64,000 nucleotides of DNA, from the NCBI GenBank assembly GCA_001643675.2, contig LSRY02000075.1, forward strand, positions 43,146 to 107,145, read 5' to 3'. Positions 1-13,542 of the stretch are shown piece by piece. The stretch is from Monocercomonoides exilis PA203 (Eukaryota > Protista > Preaxostyla). A model generated the notes under the pieces. It saw nothing but the letters and a program-made list of their open reading frames with translations. It did not search any database and was not told where the DNA came from. Numbering within the stretch: position 1 is the stretch's first letter; every line of letters starts with the position of its first letter. Both the position numbers and the translations under genes were made by a program.

Positions 1-780
1 CGAGGAATCTCTGAAGCAAAAACAATTTTCAATCTGATAGGACGGAAGATAATCAAGAATAAAGATTCAGCTTGTTGGGAATGTTGAATGACTCAAAGAT
101 GAGGTGTGATCGACAAAAAAAGGAGGAAAAGGGAATAACAAGGGCTATCCTGTTGACAAACAGACAAGAAGGAATAAAAACCATGTTCATAGAGAGTGGA
201 ATGCGAAATAAATAAATAAATAAATATTTCAATGGTTGCTCGAAAAGATGGAATCAAAGAAAAGCTTGATCTGATTTATAATATTTTGAAGGAGAAAAAG
301 CAAGAAATATCACAAAATAGAAACACTTCTCGCAATGTTTTCGAAGATCAACTTGCATCAGATGTTTGTATTTATTTTTGTGCATTTATTATTTATTTAT
401 TCTTGATATACTATTTTCCATTTCCATTTATTCAAACAGAAGAAATCAGTTCATTTTTATTCTGATAATTTATACCCAACGCCAATATTTCCTCGAAGAT
501 ATCCAAATTGAATATAAAACTTTTAGGATTATATTCATCGTTTTTGGGGGGTGTTTGTGAAGACAAAGCGATTCAAGGATTGAAAAAAAGAGGAAAACAT
601 TTAAATATTGTTTTTTTAAGAGTGATTATGAGACTGGTTCTGAATATGACTTTTTTTCAAAGTTATTGATTCAGAAAATGGAAGTTGAATGAGAAGAGTT
701 GTTGTTGAAAAGGGAAAAATAATATTTTGCGAATGCTTCTGCTATAATGGTTTTCTACAACCCATTATTATCTTATTGAA

Positions 781-3700
781 ATGATTCCTTTTGTTTTGGT
801 TTTGTGCTTGAGTTTATCATTCTGTGGCAATGATGAAAATGAACTGCTGCGCAACGGAAAAGTCACCTTTTGCATTCCTGTTGCGAAGAAGAGTGTTGTT
901 TTTACCAAGGGAAGTATTGTTCATGTACTCGGTAAGATTTACAATTCAACTGTTAAATTGAAGGGAATATTGGTCGAAAAGCGCGATGGCTGCTTAGCAT
1001 TCGATATCTTCACAAGATCAATCCTTGTTGTTGAAAACTGCCATCTTTTGGAAAAGAGTGATTCTTATCATCATTATGTCAAAAATGAAGGAACATGCGA
1101 AATGATCAATACCTCCTTGTATTTTGAATACAAAGAAAAAAATGAGCTGATGAAAAGCGTTGTGCAGATGAATGATGAAGATTCATTGTTGCTTGTGAGA
1201 AAATGTGTTTGGAAGAATATTGCATTTTGTGGGAGTGGAAGCCTTTTGAGAGAAGGTTCAGGATGTTTTGAAGGAATTAAAAACTGTGAATTTGTGAATA
1301 TCACAAAGAAACATAGCGAAAGAGAGACGAAGCAAATTGAAAAAGAGTTGATGATGAAAATGAGCGTAATGGAAGATTGTCAAGTTGAAAGTTCAATGAA
1401 TGTGCTTGAAGGAGGGATTGTGAGCGGAACGGAAGGATCTATTTTCTTTTCCTGCAACAATTGCACATTCAAGCACAACGAAAGAACTGATCGGAAAGTT
1501 AAAAATACAGAAAGAAATTCAACTACTGAGACACAGAACTTCATGAACGCTGAATGGAATGGATGTTCTGCTCCATGTGGTGGAGCACTGTATGTGCATG
1601 ATAATTCGAATGCAACGCTGACTGTTGAGAATTCATCTTTTGTGAAATGCAAAGCAACTTCAACGAGAGGAGGAGGAATATTTGCTCTGAATATTGCCGA
1701 ATGCACAGTGAAACATTCCAAATTTGTTGAATGCAGTTGTATAATCACAGATAATTATGGGGGAGGTGGAGCAGAAATTGAAGGATTGACAGTTCAAGTT
1801 TTTTTTGAGAATTGCTTTTTCAAAGATGATATTTCAGGGGACGATGGAGGTGGATTGGGAATTTGGAGTTCAAAAACAACAAAATCAAAAGATTGTATTT
1901 TGGACTGTTCATATATTAATTGCACAGGGCTTAATAACACTGATTCTTATGGAGGTGGTATTATAAGTTGGGGCCCAGTTGATAAAATAGTTACTAAAAA
2001 TTGTTTATTCCAAAGCTGTGATGCTATTTATTGTGGAGGCGGTGTTGCAATGAGGGTTCAGACTTTTGGAGGAGAATTAATTTGGTTTTGCTTTTTTCAC
2101 AACAACGCTGCACAAAATGGTACTGACGTATTTGTGCATGATAACTCTTCGAATTCTCAACTCGTATGGTGCTGTTCAACACGAACAGAAGGAGTGAGAT
2201 ATTATGCTGGAGGCGATAAAAGTGAATGGCTTCCAAATGGAGGAAGAAGCAGATTCGTTTCTTCGAAGGAAAGTCAAGCCAATGCAAAAGACACATTCAG
2301 CTGCGGATTGAATGAATCCTGTGCATGTTTGACCATTAGCCATTGTCTATCCCAAATGATTGTGGGGTTTGTGGAAGAAATAAAAGTGCTAGCTGGAATG
2401 GTTGTTGAAGGAAAAGGAATTGATGTTGGAGAGAAAACGATCTCTGTAAATGGAGTTTCGCCATCTGGGTCTGCCATTGCAACAAAATTTGAGGCAAATG
2501 GGTTGAGTCTGTTTTGCGTTGGAACAGGAGGATTGACTGTGAACGATCTATCAGTGATTCACAACACCTCATATGAAAACAACAGGCAATGCAGGCTGTT
2601 TGAGGTTGAGGGAAGTGGGTTGATGGATGTGAAGAGAATGAACATTTCGATGGATGCAGCTCATTCAGAGGAGAGGTGTATTCAGAACTCACTCGTGAAA
2701 CTGGAAGTGGGGCAGTTGAAGATGAAAGATGTAATGTGGGAACAAACATTCAGCTCCACAAGTTTGATATCACTTTCTCAGGAGGCAGCTGTGACATTGT
2801 ATCTGGACAACTGCACATTCAACAATATTGTGAGAACAACAGCCGGTTCATCGTTGATGAGTGTGGGTGAAAGGTCATATTCAATAACTCTTGAGGGATG
2901 CACGCTTGATGGTTGTGGAAGTGAGGAATCTGAATTTGGAGGGGGAATGATGATTGAAATGGGAAGTTGGAGTTCATTGACGATAAGTGGAGGCATCGTG
3001 AAAAATTGTTTTGCTTCGATCACTCAAGGAAAAGGAGGTTGGATTGGGTTGAAAGTGGGAGATATAAATGCAGAGTTTCTTATTTCACCAGCATTTGAAG
3101 GGAACAGGGCCAAATGGGGAAGCAGTATTTTTGTTGACTCGATTGATTTGGAATCAACAGCAACAAGTGGGAAGATCACTTCATTGACAGCTTCAAATCC
3201 GTTGTTGGATGAAATTCGAGGATTCGATAAAGGCGATGATTCAATTCCGATTCCTTTGTGCGCTTATCTGATTTCAATTCCAGATGAGATTTATGTGAGC
3301 AATGTTGATGCATTTAATCACTTTCTTTGTGGATTTGCTGAATTTCCCTGCATGATTCTGAAGCACTCACTGAAAAGGCAAGAAGAAGAAAAGAAGATTG
3401 TTGTCGATGGGATGATTGAAATGCAAGATGAGCTGGTATTCGACTCATTCAAGCACACAATCAGAGGGAAAGATGGAAATAGTGGATGGAAGGTGAGCAA
3501 TGATCCGAATAGAAGTGACGGAAGCATGATAACAGTCAGTGCAAATGCAAATATCAGTTCACTAATTCTCTCTGTTCCTTCTGTTCTTCCAAATTACGAA
3601 GCATTCTTCAGTTCCGCCTCACAATCATTTTCACTTGAAGATTGCTCGCTGACTTTTCAAGACTCCAAATCAGCGTTGTCTTATGTGTTTTTGTCAGTAA

Positions 3701-6700
3701 CAGCAGGAGAGGTTTCTGTTTCATCGTTGAATGTCTTGTCTTTGGTTATTGGAGATCATCCATTGATTTCTCTTGATGGAAGCAATGCTGCTGGTTCATT
3801 CACTTCTTTGAGTGCCGATGATATGAGCTCGACAGGAAATAGTGTTTTGTTTGGGGTGGCGAATGGAGCATCTTTTTCGATTAAAGATTCAACACTTTCA
3901 GTGAAAGCATCTTCACAAACAGATTTGCCATCAGGTTCAATTCGAGTTATTTCCACAAATTCAGCCAAGATTTTGAAGCTCACAAACAACACGATGAATA
4001 GATTCAGAGGGATTGGGGAAAATGGAGGAGCTATAGAATGCACACTTGGGAGAGATTGCTCTCTGGAAGTAGTTGGAGGGCTGATATCTGGGTGTGAGAG
4101 CAAAGGAGGAAATGGAGGAGGGCTGTGGGTTGAGATGAAAGAAGAATCATCCTTCACTGTGGGAAACATGACAGATACTGACCAAGTGAATGCAATAACA
4201 TCAAATGATGTCAGCGATTTATTTCAACTTGTGGATTGCAAGGCAAAGCGAAACACATATGGAGAGCATGGATATGGAGGAGGGATTTATCTTCATTTGG
4301 ATGATGGAGCTCAGTCATTCATTTTGGAGAAAATGTCATTTACTGGATGTGATGCTCAAGAAGGGAAAGAAATCTTCATCAATGCAAATGATCTTTCGAG
4401 TGCGATTAGCAGAAGCTCGATTGAATTTGAAGTTGATTTGAATAACTTCACAAAATTGAATGGGTTTGAGAGATCAACATCAAGCGAGACATTTGCCATT
4501 CCACTGGTATTGTATCTGTGGAACAACTTTTCTGTGCAAGCATTTGTTGGAGGATCATTGAGTCATGATTTTTCGAAGTGTGGATTTGAAGAGTTTCCAT
4601 GCTCCACAATCACGAAGGCGGTGTCAATCTATTTTGAAGGGAAGAAAAAAGATATCTCAATTATTGAGCCATTTGCCTTTAAGGAGGAATTGAGCTTGAG
4701 TACAGATGAATGGGGGATCAGAGCAAAGGACAATGAGATGAAATGTGGTGTTGTTGATCAGGCAGAAGGAGCACAAAGTGGATTGATAGAAAGCTCAGTC
4801 AGTGTGTCTGTGACCGGCATTGTATTTTCTTTGATTCAATCGCTGACCTTTCATGAAAGTGTGTTTGAGTGCTATTCAGGGAAGCTTACACTAAATGAAT
4901 GTGGGATGGAAGGAGGCTCTGAGGCTATAACAACAGTGTTTGTGAAAGCTATTGGAGGGGTTGTGGAAGTGATTGAGTTTGGATCAAAGAATATGAAAAA
5001 AGGGGATACGTCGTTTTTCATTGTTGAGGGAAGCGCTGAAAGTGTGCCTTTACTAAATATGACGAAAAGCAATTTTGCTGAATTCACATTTGGCGATGGA
5101 TGTGTTGTTGAGAGCTGCAATGGAAACATTGAAGAGATGTCAGGATGCACATTTTCATCGATTACTCGTTCGAAGGGAAGTGGAGGGTGCATCAGCATCA
5201 CGAACAAGAATGATAACAATGGAAGAAATTTCAAAGTGGAAATAAATGACTGCACATTTGATGGATGTGCTGTTGAAGAAGAGGAAAATGAGATTGGAGG
5301 AGGTGCTCTCTTTTGTGAGGCATCTTCGAAAACGAGTCTGCTTATTAACGGGTGTAAGTTTTATGGTTGCACAGCACCATATGAAGGGGGAATTTCTGGA
5401 TATGGAGGAGGGATGATGCTGAACATGTTAAATGAGGAAGAAGAGGAAACGTTTGTGATATCCTCACCAACTTTTTCTTCTGACAAACCAAACAATGCAA
5501 AATATGGGCAGGATTTGTTTATTTCGTCTCCATCGCTCGTCAAGAGCATCAAGAACGAAACGCTTCCATTTGTGAAAGATAGACTGGAGAAACTGACAGA
5601 AGACTCGATGAGAGGGTTTGATGGAGAAAACAGGGAGCGTGCAATCCCACTGATCTATTTCTGGAAATCTGTTGGATCTAGTGTGTATATTGCAGAGGAA
5701 GGAAACAATGTTGTTGTGTGTGGGTTGTTGGAGTATCCATGTAGGTCTATTGATTATGGGATGAATCGGATAAACAGTTCAACAGTTGAGCAGATGACGA
5801 TTCATGGAGTTTGTGATGTGATGAGTGTGATAGAGATGAGTGGGATGAAGCTGGAAGGAACAGATGGAAAGTCAGACAAAATCCGATTTGTTCAATCAAT
5901 TAAAGAAAATGGGAATGCTGTTGTTGAATGCAAAGGAGTTGTTCAATTCAATGAATTGGGGATTCTGATTCCCAGTGCCTTTGATAATGGAGCAAACATC
6001 CTCATCCGGACAGGTTCAGATGCAGTCAAAACAAGTATTGTGAGTTGCACAGTTCATAAAATTGAAAATGTGAAAGATGAGGTGTCATTTGTTCTGATCA
6101 GTGCTTTAAAAGGAATTTTTTCTATTGAAAAGACAAACATTGTTGGATTCTCAACGATGCATGAGATAATGAGCACATCAGCTGATTGTGTGACAACCAT
6201 GAACAATGTGATATTTAAAGATATTTCATTGGGCGGGAAAAGTGCAATTATGATGAGTGAAAGTGTGATTTCTGGATGTGGAAATGATTATTCAGAAGAA
6301 ATGTGGAATATTCTATTTGAGCAATGCACTTTTGTGAATGTGAAGAACAATGAAGCAAGTTACCCTTCGTTGTTTTACTGTGATATTTCAAATAAAATGA
6401 GATTGAAAATGGATAATTCAACAATTGATGGGTGTGGGTCGACAAGTTCAAATGAAGGAGGAGGAATGTTCTTCCTCCTCAATGAGAGGGAGAGATTGGA
6501 AATGAATCACACAAATGTGACAGAATGCTTCTGTTCGAACACTGGAAGAGGAGGAGGATTGTTTTTTAAATCACAGAGTGTCTCACAGGAAGCATTGCCA
6601 TTTGTGCTGTCGAACATCACCTTCCGAGGGAATGTTGCTTCAAAGGGGAGAGACGTGTTTGTGAAGTGCACTGATCTTGACTCACAGATAAGTGAATCTC

Positions 6701-9700
6701 AATTTTTAATTGATTTCAGAGAGCCATTTGTGAAGGATCAAGCGATTTGGGGATGCACAGCAGACAATTATGGGGATGAAGAGGATCTTCTGAAGAGGGT
6801 GTTTGTGTTCAGGAGCGAATTCATATTTGTTTCATCGATTGTGGGGAACAACAGCGACAGTAAGAACTGTGGGGAAATGAAAGGCGCATGCTCATCGCTG
6901 AATGTTGGGATGAGCCACATCATTCCCTCAAGCTATTCACAGCTGTATATTTGGAATGAAACGACTTTAACTGGTTCGTGCTCTGCTCAAAAGGTGACCA
7001 TAAAATCGATGGAAGCGAACAGAAATGCAGAGATAAAAGTGATTGAGATCAACTTGGCTGGTGAAGGAGCTGTGACAACTTCTGAGTTTGTTCGATTTGA
7101 GAATATTTCATTTGGTTTTGGTGGAATACAGAATGTTGCCTGCTCGTGTTTATTACATCAGCTGAATGGATCTCTTATTCTCGAATCTGTTTCATTTCAA
7201 TCTGAGTCGAGAACAACAGAGAATTCACAGACCATTTTTGATTTTTCTCTGATTATTGTTGAAGAAGGGATATTTGAGGTCGATAAGTGCAATATTGGTC
7301 ATATTGGTTTCTCGAAGCCTGTGTTTCAGATATTGCATTCAGAAATGGCAACATTTGAGGATGTGGGAGTGGATGATGTGGATTGCAAAAGTTCGATGAT
7401 TGAATGTGATGAAAGCGAGAATTTGGGCATCATAAAGTTGAAAGCATCTAATATCACCCTGCAAGATAAAAGCCTGTTTGCATTTGAAAATATCCATTCG
7501 TCTCTGTTTGTTTCATCATTGGTACAGTCGTCGTTCACAAACATCAGCCGATCAACTTCTGGATCAAGCATTATTTGCACAACACATCCAATGAGTGGAT
7601 TTGAGATTCGTAACTGCTCTTTCCATGAATGTGTGTCAAAATCGCTTAAAGGGAGTCAAGTGGCAATAGCAATGAGTGAGAATATTTTGATGAAGTTGTG
7701 CAAGTTTGAAGGAAATGCAAATGCTGATGCAGAATTGAATGAAATAACTAATGAGATCTGTCGGTGGAATGGATCTGTTGTTGATTTTTCGAACTGCTTC
7801 GTGATGATGAAAGATACAATAGTTTGTAATTCCTCAAAAGGAGGAATGAGTGTAAGTGAAGGATCAACAATAGTTATTCAAGAAGGAAGATTTGAGAACA
7901 ACAGCCCATCCATTGAGAATTATCCATCGGTGCGGAGAAACATGTTGTGTTCTGATTCAGCTGAGGTGAATATTATGAGTCTGAAGGGAGGAGATGGAGT
8001 GTTGCCAGATTCATCGATGTGGATTCTGAATGATGGATGCACGCTGAAGGGGATTGTTGAGGAGCGAGCATCACCATTGTTCATCCCAGTGCTGGAGGAT
8101 GTTTCTGTGAATGAAAATGGAAGAAATGCCATGATAAAATTCAAGGGCTCTCTTTTTGTGCCATGTGACTTATCTTTCAGAGTTGTGCATAAAACAGGGG
8201 ATGTGGAGGTGATTGAGACATATCCTTTTGAGGAAGACAGTTTTGTATCAGAAACGGAAGTTGGTGGGATGATTCCATCAGAAAATATTTCAACGATTGC
8301 AGACGAAACGGAGGTGTCTGTGATGATATTGTATGGAAAGCAATTGGCTGCAACTTCTTCTCAGATACTGAAGAACAGAACAGAACCAAAGACAGGAATT
8401 GATAAAGTGGTTGAAGGAGGAAAGGAAGGAAAATTCTCATGGATATTGATTGTTTGCATTGTAGCTGTTGTAGTGCTATTAATTGTGTCGATAATATTCA
8501 TTGTTCGATGGAAGAAGGTGAAGAATGAAGCAGAAGACTTGAGAGAGATTGTGAATGATAACATCAGAAAAGATCCGAAGGCATTTGAGATGGTGACGAT
8601 GGAGATGTCACCAGAAGAGCAGTGGAGGAGAGCAGAGAGGGAGGCTGAGAAGAAGAATGATGAGAGGATAAAGAAAAGGGTGTATGAGAAAAGTTTGGGA
8701 CATTCCGAGTCATCAGAGCATCTTCTCTCTGAGAGTGGATCAACAGAATACATTTTGGGAAGAGACTCAGACAAGATCCCTCAATGGATGCTGGAGAAGG
8801 TTGATGAGGAAGAAGATGATATATCGAGAAAGCGAACACCATCACCATCCATTTCATCCACTTCTACCACAGACACGTCAGACACAGAATCCACATTTGT
8901 TCGATCGGAAAGTCTGTGCCCAACCACATCGTCGATGTCGAATCTGGTGGATGCAATGGCCTGCTCGTCTCCCCATGAGAAGCTGATTGTGGATCTGAGG
9001 GATTCGCTGTTCATGCTTCTTCATGGAAAGAATGAGAAGAAAGAGATGGCAATCGGAACTCTCCAGGAGAGGGAGGTGACGGCTGCTCAGATCCTGTTCT
9101 GGGTGGCCAATCTTGCACTCCACTCGTTTGATGAAATGAACAATCCACTTCAATCTCTTACCAATCTGAGTCCCCACATTGTGCTGTTCTCTGAGCACAT
9201 GGTAATTACAATTGCCCTCCACTCTGACTGCTCTTCTTCAGATTCTGATTCATCCTCCATCTCTTCATCAACTGTTGTCACATCAACAAGTGATGATGAT
9301 GATGATGATGACAGAAACTCTCTGCCCTCGTCTGCCTTTGAGGATGAGGAAGACAACAGGAAGGAGTGCATGAGGTGGAAGGCGCCAGAGCTGCTGAATG
9401 GAACAAGGAAGCATGCGACGAAGAAGACGGTTGTGTTTTCTGTTGGGATGATGGTGTGGGAGTGTGTGACGCTGCAGATTCCGTTTGGGGAGTATTCGGG
9501 AGAGGCAGCAGGGAGCATGATTGTGCGAGGAGAGAAGGTGGGGATGGGTGTTGCGAAGGGGTCGCGTGTGAGGGGGGGTTGTGGGTGGGTGCCTGCGTTA
9601 TGAGGCAGAGGATCGGATGACGCTGGGAGATGTGAAGCGGGAGCTGATCAAACTGTTCCCTCCGGGTGCAGCAGTGCTCACGATGACAGATGCGATCGGG

Positions 9701-9865
9701 TACGAAGAGGAGTCGGAGGAGGCCTGCAGCACCAGCTTGGCCATCATGGCCAGTGGAGCCAGCATGAACAGCACGACATGCATGACCAGCATGACAGACA
9801 TTGGCAACAGATCCAGAGACATGAAGAAGCCAGAGGAAGTGAAGGATGAGGCGAATGGCAAATGA
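781..9865 (+). CDS. Giant type-I surface protein/receptor pseudokinase, copy 1 (~3030 aa): signal peptide, 5 beta-helix-like Gly/Cys modules, TM helix, Ser-rich linker, TKL-like pseudokinase C-lobe
   Basis: ORF 781-9603 continues in ORF 9581-9865 across a G7 run at 9572-9578 (G6 in the mirror copy). Hydrophobic N-terminus; repeated GGG(I/L)-F.GN.A..G.DIF-CG....PC motifs; TM WILIVCIVAVVVLLIVSIIFIVRW; kinase-like motifs RWKAPELL, VFSVGMMVWECVTLQIPF and CLRYEAEDRMTL. Confidence 0.85.
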
Positions 9866-11072
9866 TGAGGAGATCAGAACAGAACAGAGGAGAGCAGGAT
9901 AATGAAATAAAAAAATCAGACAAGAGGAGTTGAGCATTCATTGGAAAACTTTGAATGTGTTCAACATTTTTGAACAGCACAGAAATAGAGTTGGTTTTGA
10001 ACAGAAAAAAGAAAAAGATAATGAAAAATGAAAAAGAAAAAGAAACCCTGGTGCAGATAACACAATGGCCATTGGAGGACGAGTGAAGCCAGAAGGCTTC
10101 TCTGAACCCGTGGGAGCAATGATTGGTTGTTGCCCATTGTGTTGTGGATGCTTGTCCAGGTGCATGGTGCATGGTGCATGCTGGGAAAAGCGGCAATGCC
10201 CACATGGCCGAACTCTGATCAGCACAGCATCGCTTCAGACAAAACATTTCATATTCCATTTTCAGTTGTTGTTGGAATAATTTTATTTATTTTATGTGTG
10301 TATTTTTGTATGGTTGTATCCATCTTCACAATATGAAGCATTTGCAGGATGGGGCAAGAACTGCCCAGTTGCTGCTGTTTCATTTCCTCTCTTTATTTTT
10401 TTTTTTTTTTTTTTTCATTTCAAAGAAAAACAAGAAGAAAACTCGATATTCAGCATCTGTAAAAGCAGTCGAAGTCATTCATGATTTTGTGGTGCTTTGT
10501 GGCTGGAGTGCCCATTGACCACGAAAGAAGCACGGGGAGGGCAAAAGACTTGGACGTATTTGCTGGAGAGCTGTTGTTCTGCTGTTCGGGTGCTGTCAGC
10601 CAAGTCTGTTTCTGAGTAGCCGGGCAAGGCTCAACACATCCCCACAAAAGTTGGGAAAGATATTTTCTGCATCTTGTCTCCTCCTGATGAATGGCAAGCA
10701 TCAGTCATCCAACTGCTTCAAATGCAGTTCCAATCAAGAATGCAATCGAATTAACATGAGAAAGAAAGAAATGCTCTTTTATTGGCATTTCTTCTTCTTT
10801 TTTTTTTTCCAGCTGAGAGAGGACATTCTTTTTCCAGTGCAGGAAAACATCTTGTTGTTTGTGCCATTGCACACACACACACACATACACATTATTGTGA
10901 GTTGTTGAATCTGTGGTTGAGTGTGTTTGCCTCCATGAGCTTCCCGTCAAAGGCCACTGAGCATGAGAATAGCAGATGAAGGTGAATGATTGCTGTTGTT
11001 TGTTGATTTTGTGGGAGTTGCATCTCTAACACAATGGAACAAATACTCATGGCCAAGCAAAATTAGCACATA

Positions 11073-11433
11073 TAGGGTGGTCCATATTTCTTTGCAAAAA
11101 TAATAAAAAATGGGAAATAAAAAATAAAAATATCAAAAAATATTCGATAAAACTGAATTTTGTTCGTCAATCGGTTTGTGAGCTGATCAAATACATGATA
11201 AGCTTCAATTTGTTAAAGTTTGGAGCTTCCAGATATTCGAACAATTCGTTCCTGGAATACAAAAATTTTTCTAATAATTTCAACAGATATGATTTTTCAA
11301 TGGTTTGATAGTTGGAAAAGGTGATTGCAATTTGTAACGACTCATAAATGTGATTATTATTATGAAAAATGTTTTTTAATAAAATTTTAATACCATATTT
11401 AATAATTTAAACAAAATATTTTGGACCACCCTA
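11073..11433. mobile_element. MITE (Tc1/mariner-like) with TAGGGTGGTCCA TIRs and TA target duplication
   Basis: TA-TAGGGTGGTCCA ... TGGACCACCCTA-TA. Absent from the paralogous site at ~61365 (aattagcacacacaataaatatgg). Confidence 0.85.
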
Positions 11434-13405
11434 TACTACAAATATGAATCGAATTATTCAGGATTTGTGATGGTTCCCAATGGTATTGATTTTTGTTCCA
11501 ATTTCTTTTATCGCTTCTGAGGAAAAAATAAACATTGGCAAAATTTTGTTATTCCATTTCTTCAACTGAAGAGACAATTTGACAAAGCGTTTTCAATGTG
11601 GGATAAGAACATCTTCCTCAACAGTCAATGTGTTTGTTATAATGTCATAGCATTAATTGGCTGAAAAATGTTCTTCCAATGACAGCATTTGTCAGTGGAA
11701 ACACATTCAAAAAACACCACATTTTGCCACATATGCCCACAACAAGGAAGTGCAGTTGAACTTCGATCTCAACTGTTTGAGGGCAATCACCAACATATGT
11801 GAGCAATACTTTTATTTGTCTTCTTTATTCATTGGGGTCCTTGTTCTTATTTATTTTGTTTATTCAAATCATTTCAAACAATAAAATAAAATATTTTTTT
11901 TTTAAATTATTTGTGATTTTTAATAAAAGCTGAACTTCGACAAAAATTTTTTATTTTCAAAAAAAAAAAAAAAAAAAACGAAAATACCTCTTTTGAAGAA
12001 ATAACTCAAAATTTTCCACTCTTTGTTTTTTGATGATGATTTTCTTGTTTTTTTTTCGAAGAACGTCTGAGGCAAAAACATAGCACTTCAATCATTTTCT
12101 TCAAAATTAACTGCACCATTCATGAACTTTTTGGTTAATTTACAATAAATAAAAAATACCCGTTTGATGGATTGGTTTTTTTATAAAAAATATATAATGA
12201 ATGAGACAAATCAACAAAATTACTGCATCAATGGTGTTTTCAAACAAATGAGACAAATTTTGATTGATTCACTGCAATTTGTAGGTGTTGCTATTTTATT
12301 GAAGGAAATGACACGTTTATGCATCAAGAAAAGAAGCTTGAAAATCCAATTCCTTTTTCAACATATTTGTTGTTGTGTTTTTCTTTTTCACACTGATCTT
12401 TGTTATTCTTCGCTTGATTCTTTTCATGTTTGGTGATTGTTTTTGAAATCATAACTGTTTTCGGAATGTGGATAATTTGTTCTATCTCTTTTATGATGAG
12501 CACCTTTTTTTTTTGAATTCTAAATATTCAATTCACTGAATTCAGAGTTGCAAGAAACAAACAAACAAGTGTTCAACAAACTCCACAAAGTTTTGCATTT
12601 CCTTCAGGGAAAGAAACATTTGTGAAATATCATCAGACAATTATTGATTGAAATTTTTCTGATTGAACAATAATGATTATAACTATATTTGACAATATCA
12701 TCATTTGTGTTTTGAAAATTCAAAAACACTTCTTCCCACTTCATTTTTCTTTTTTTGATTCAAATTCCAATTCATTATATCTGTAAGTATCTTCATTTTT
12801 TAATATCATTTTTTCATAACTTTTCAAAGAAAACAATGATTGAAATTTCAGTCAATTCTTTTTGAAAAATAAATTATAAACCTGAATATCACACATTTCA
12901 ATCTGCAAAAAGAAAAATTGTTAAACCACACTTTGGAAGAACAAATAATCAGTATCATCCAAAAAAATGAAGCAAAAAAATTAAGAAATTATTCCAAAAA
13001 TCAAAGCCATATCCATGAATTTTTGAATTTGGAATTTTAATCAAAAAAAGAAAAATGAAGTGGAGAGAATTGAAAGAGAAAATGGTTATTTCACTTCCTT
13101 CTCTTATATTTTTGAGAGCGCCACGTTATGGGTCAGTCACCCAGCTGATCAAAATGGCACTTAATGAAATGGTGAACAAACGTGCAAATGGGAAAATATA
13201 AAGAATTGAAACTTGGCAAATTGAAAATTATAACAAATGCAGTGAAAACACATGTTAGAAACAAGAAAGGTATTATTTAATAAATTTGAATGTTTTGAAA
13301 TATAAACTTTAAAGAGAAGGTATTATTAGTGTTTAATTTTCACATCATTGTTATTCAGCAATGATTGATTCATAAGGGGATGTGATGTCTAAGTTGTGGA
13401 GGGAG

Positions 13406-13513
13406 TAAGAGAAGGAAGTGAAATAACCATTTTCTCTTTCAATCAAAACACAAGCGTTTTGATTACATAGAAAACATTTATTTCACTTCCTTCTCTTATA
13501 TTTTTGAGAGCGC
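13406..13513. repeat. DIRS internal complementary region (ICR), equal to the circle junction of the two termini
   Basis: taagagaaggaagtgaaataaccattttctctttc-AAT-caaaacacaagcgttttgattac...gagagcgc is the reverse complement of the left end (13069-13106) joined to the reverse complement of the right end (~17636-17707), sharing one ATT/AAT. Confidence 0.93.
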
Positions 13514-13542
13514 AGATAATTGGGAAGGTTTGATAATGTTAA

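Noticed and set aside
9744-12436. Short ORFs repeated in each cassette copy (e.g. MMDWFFYKK..., MAEKCSSND...)
   Set aside because: They recur only because the DNA is duplicated. Frames break between copies at poly-T tracts and no domain is recognisable.
13086-13513. Short repeated 35-70 bp units resembling a CRISPR-like array
   Set aside because: Fully explained by the DIRS ITR and ICR; no regular repeat-spacer periodicity.
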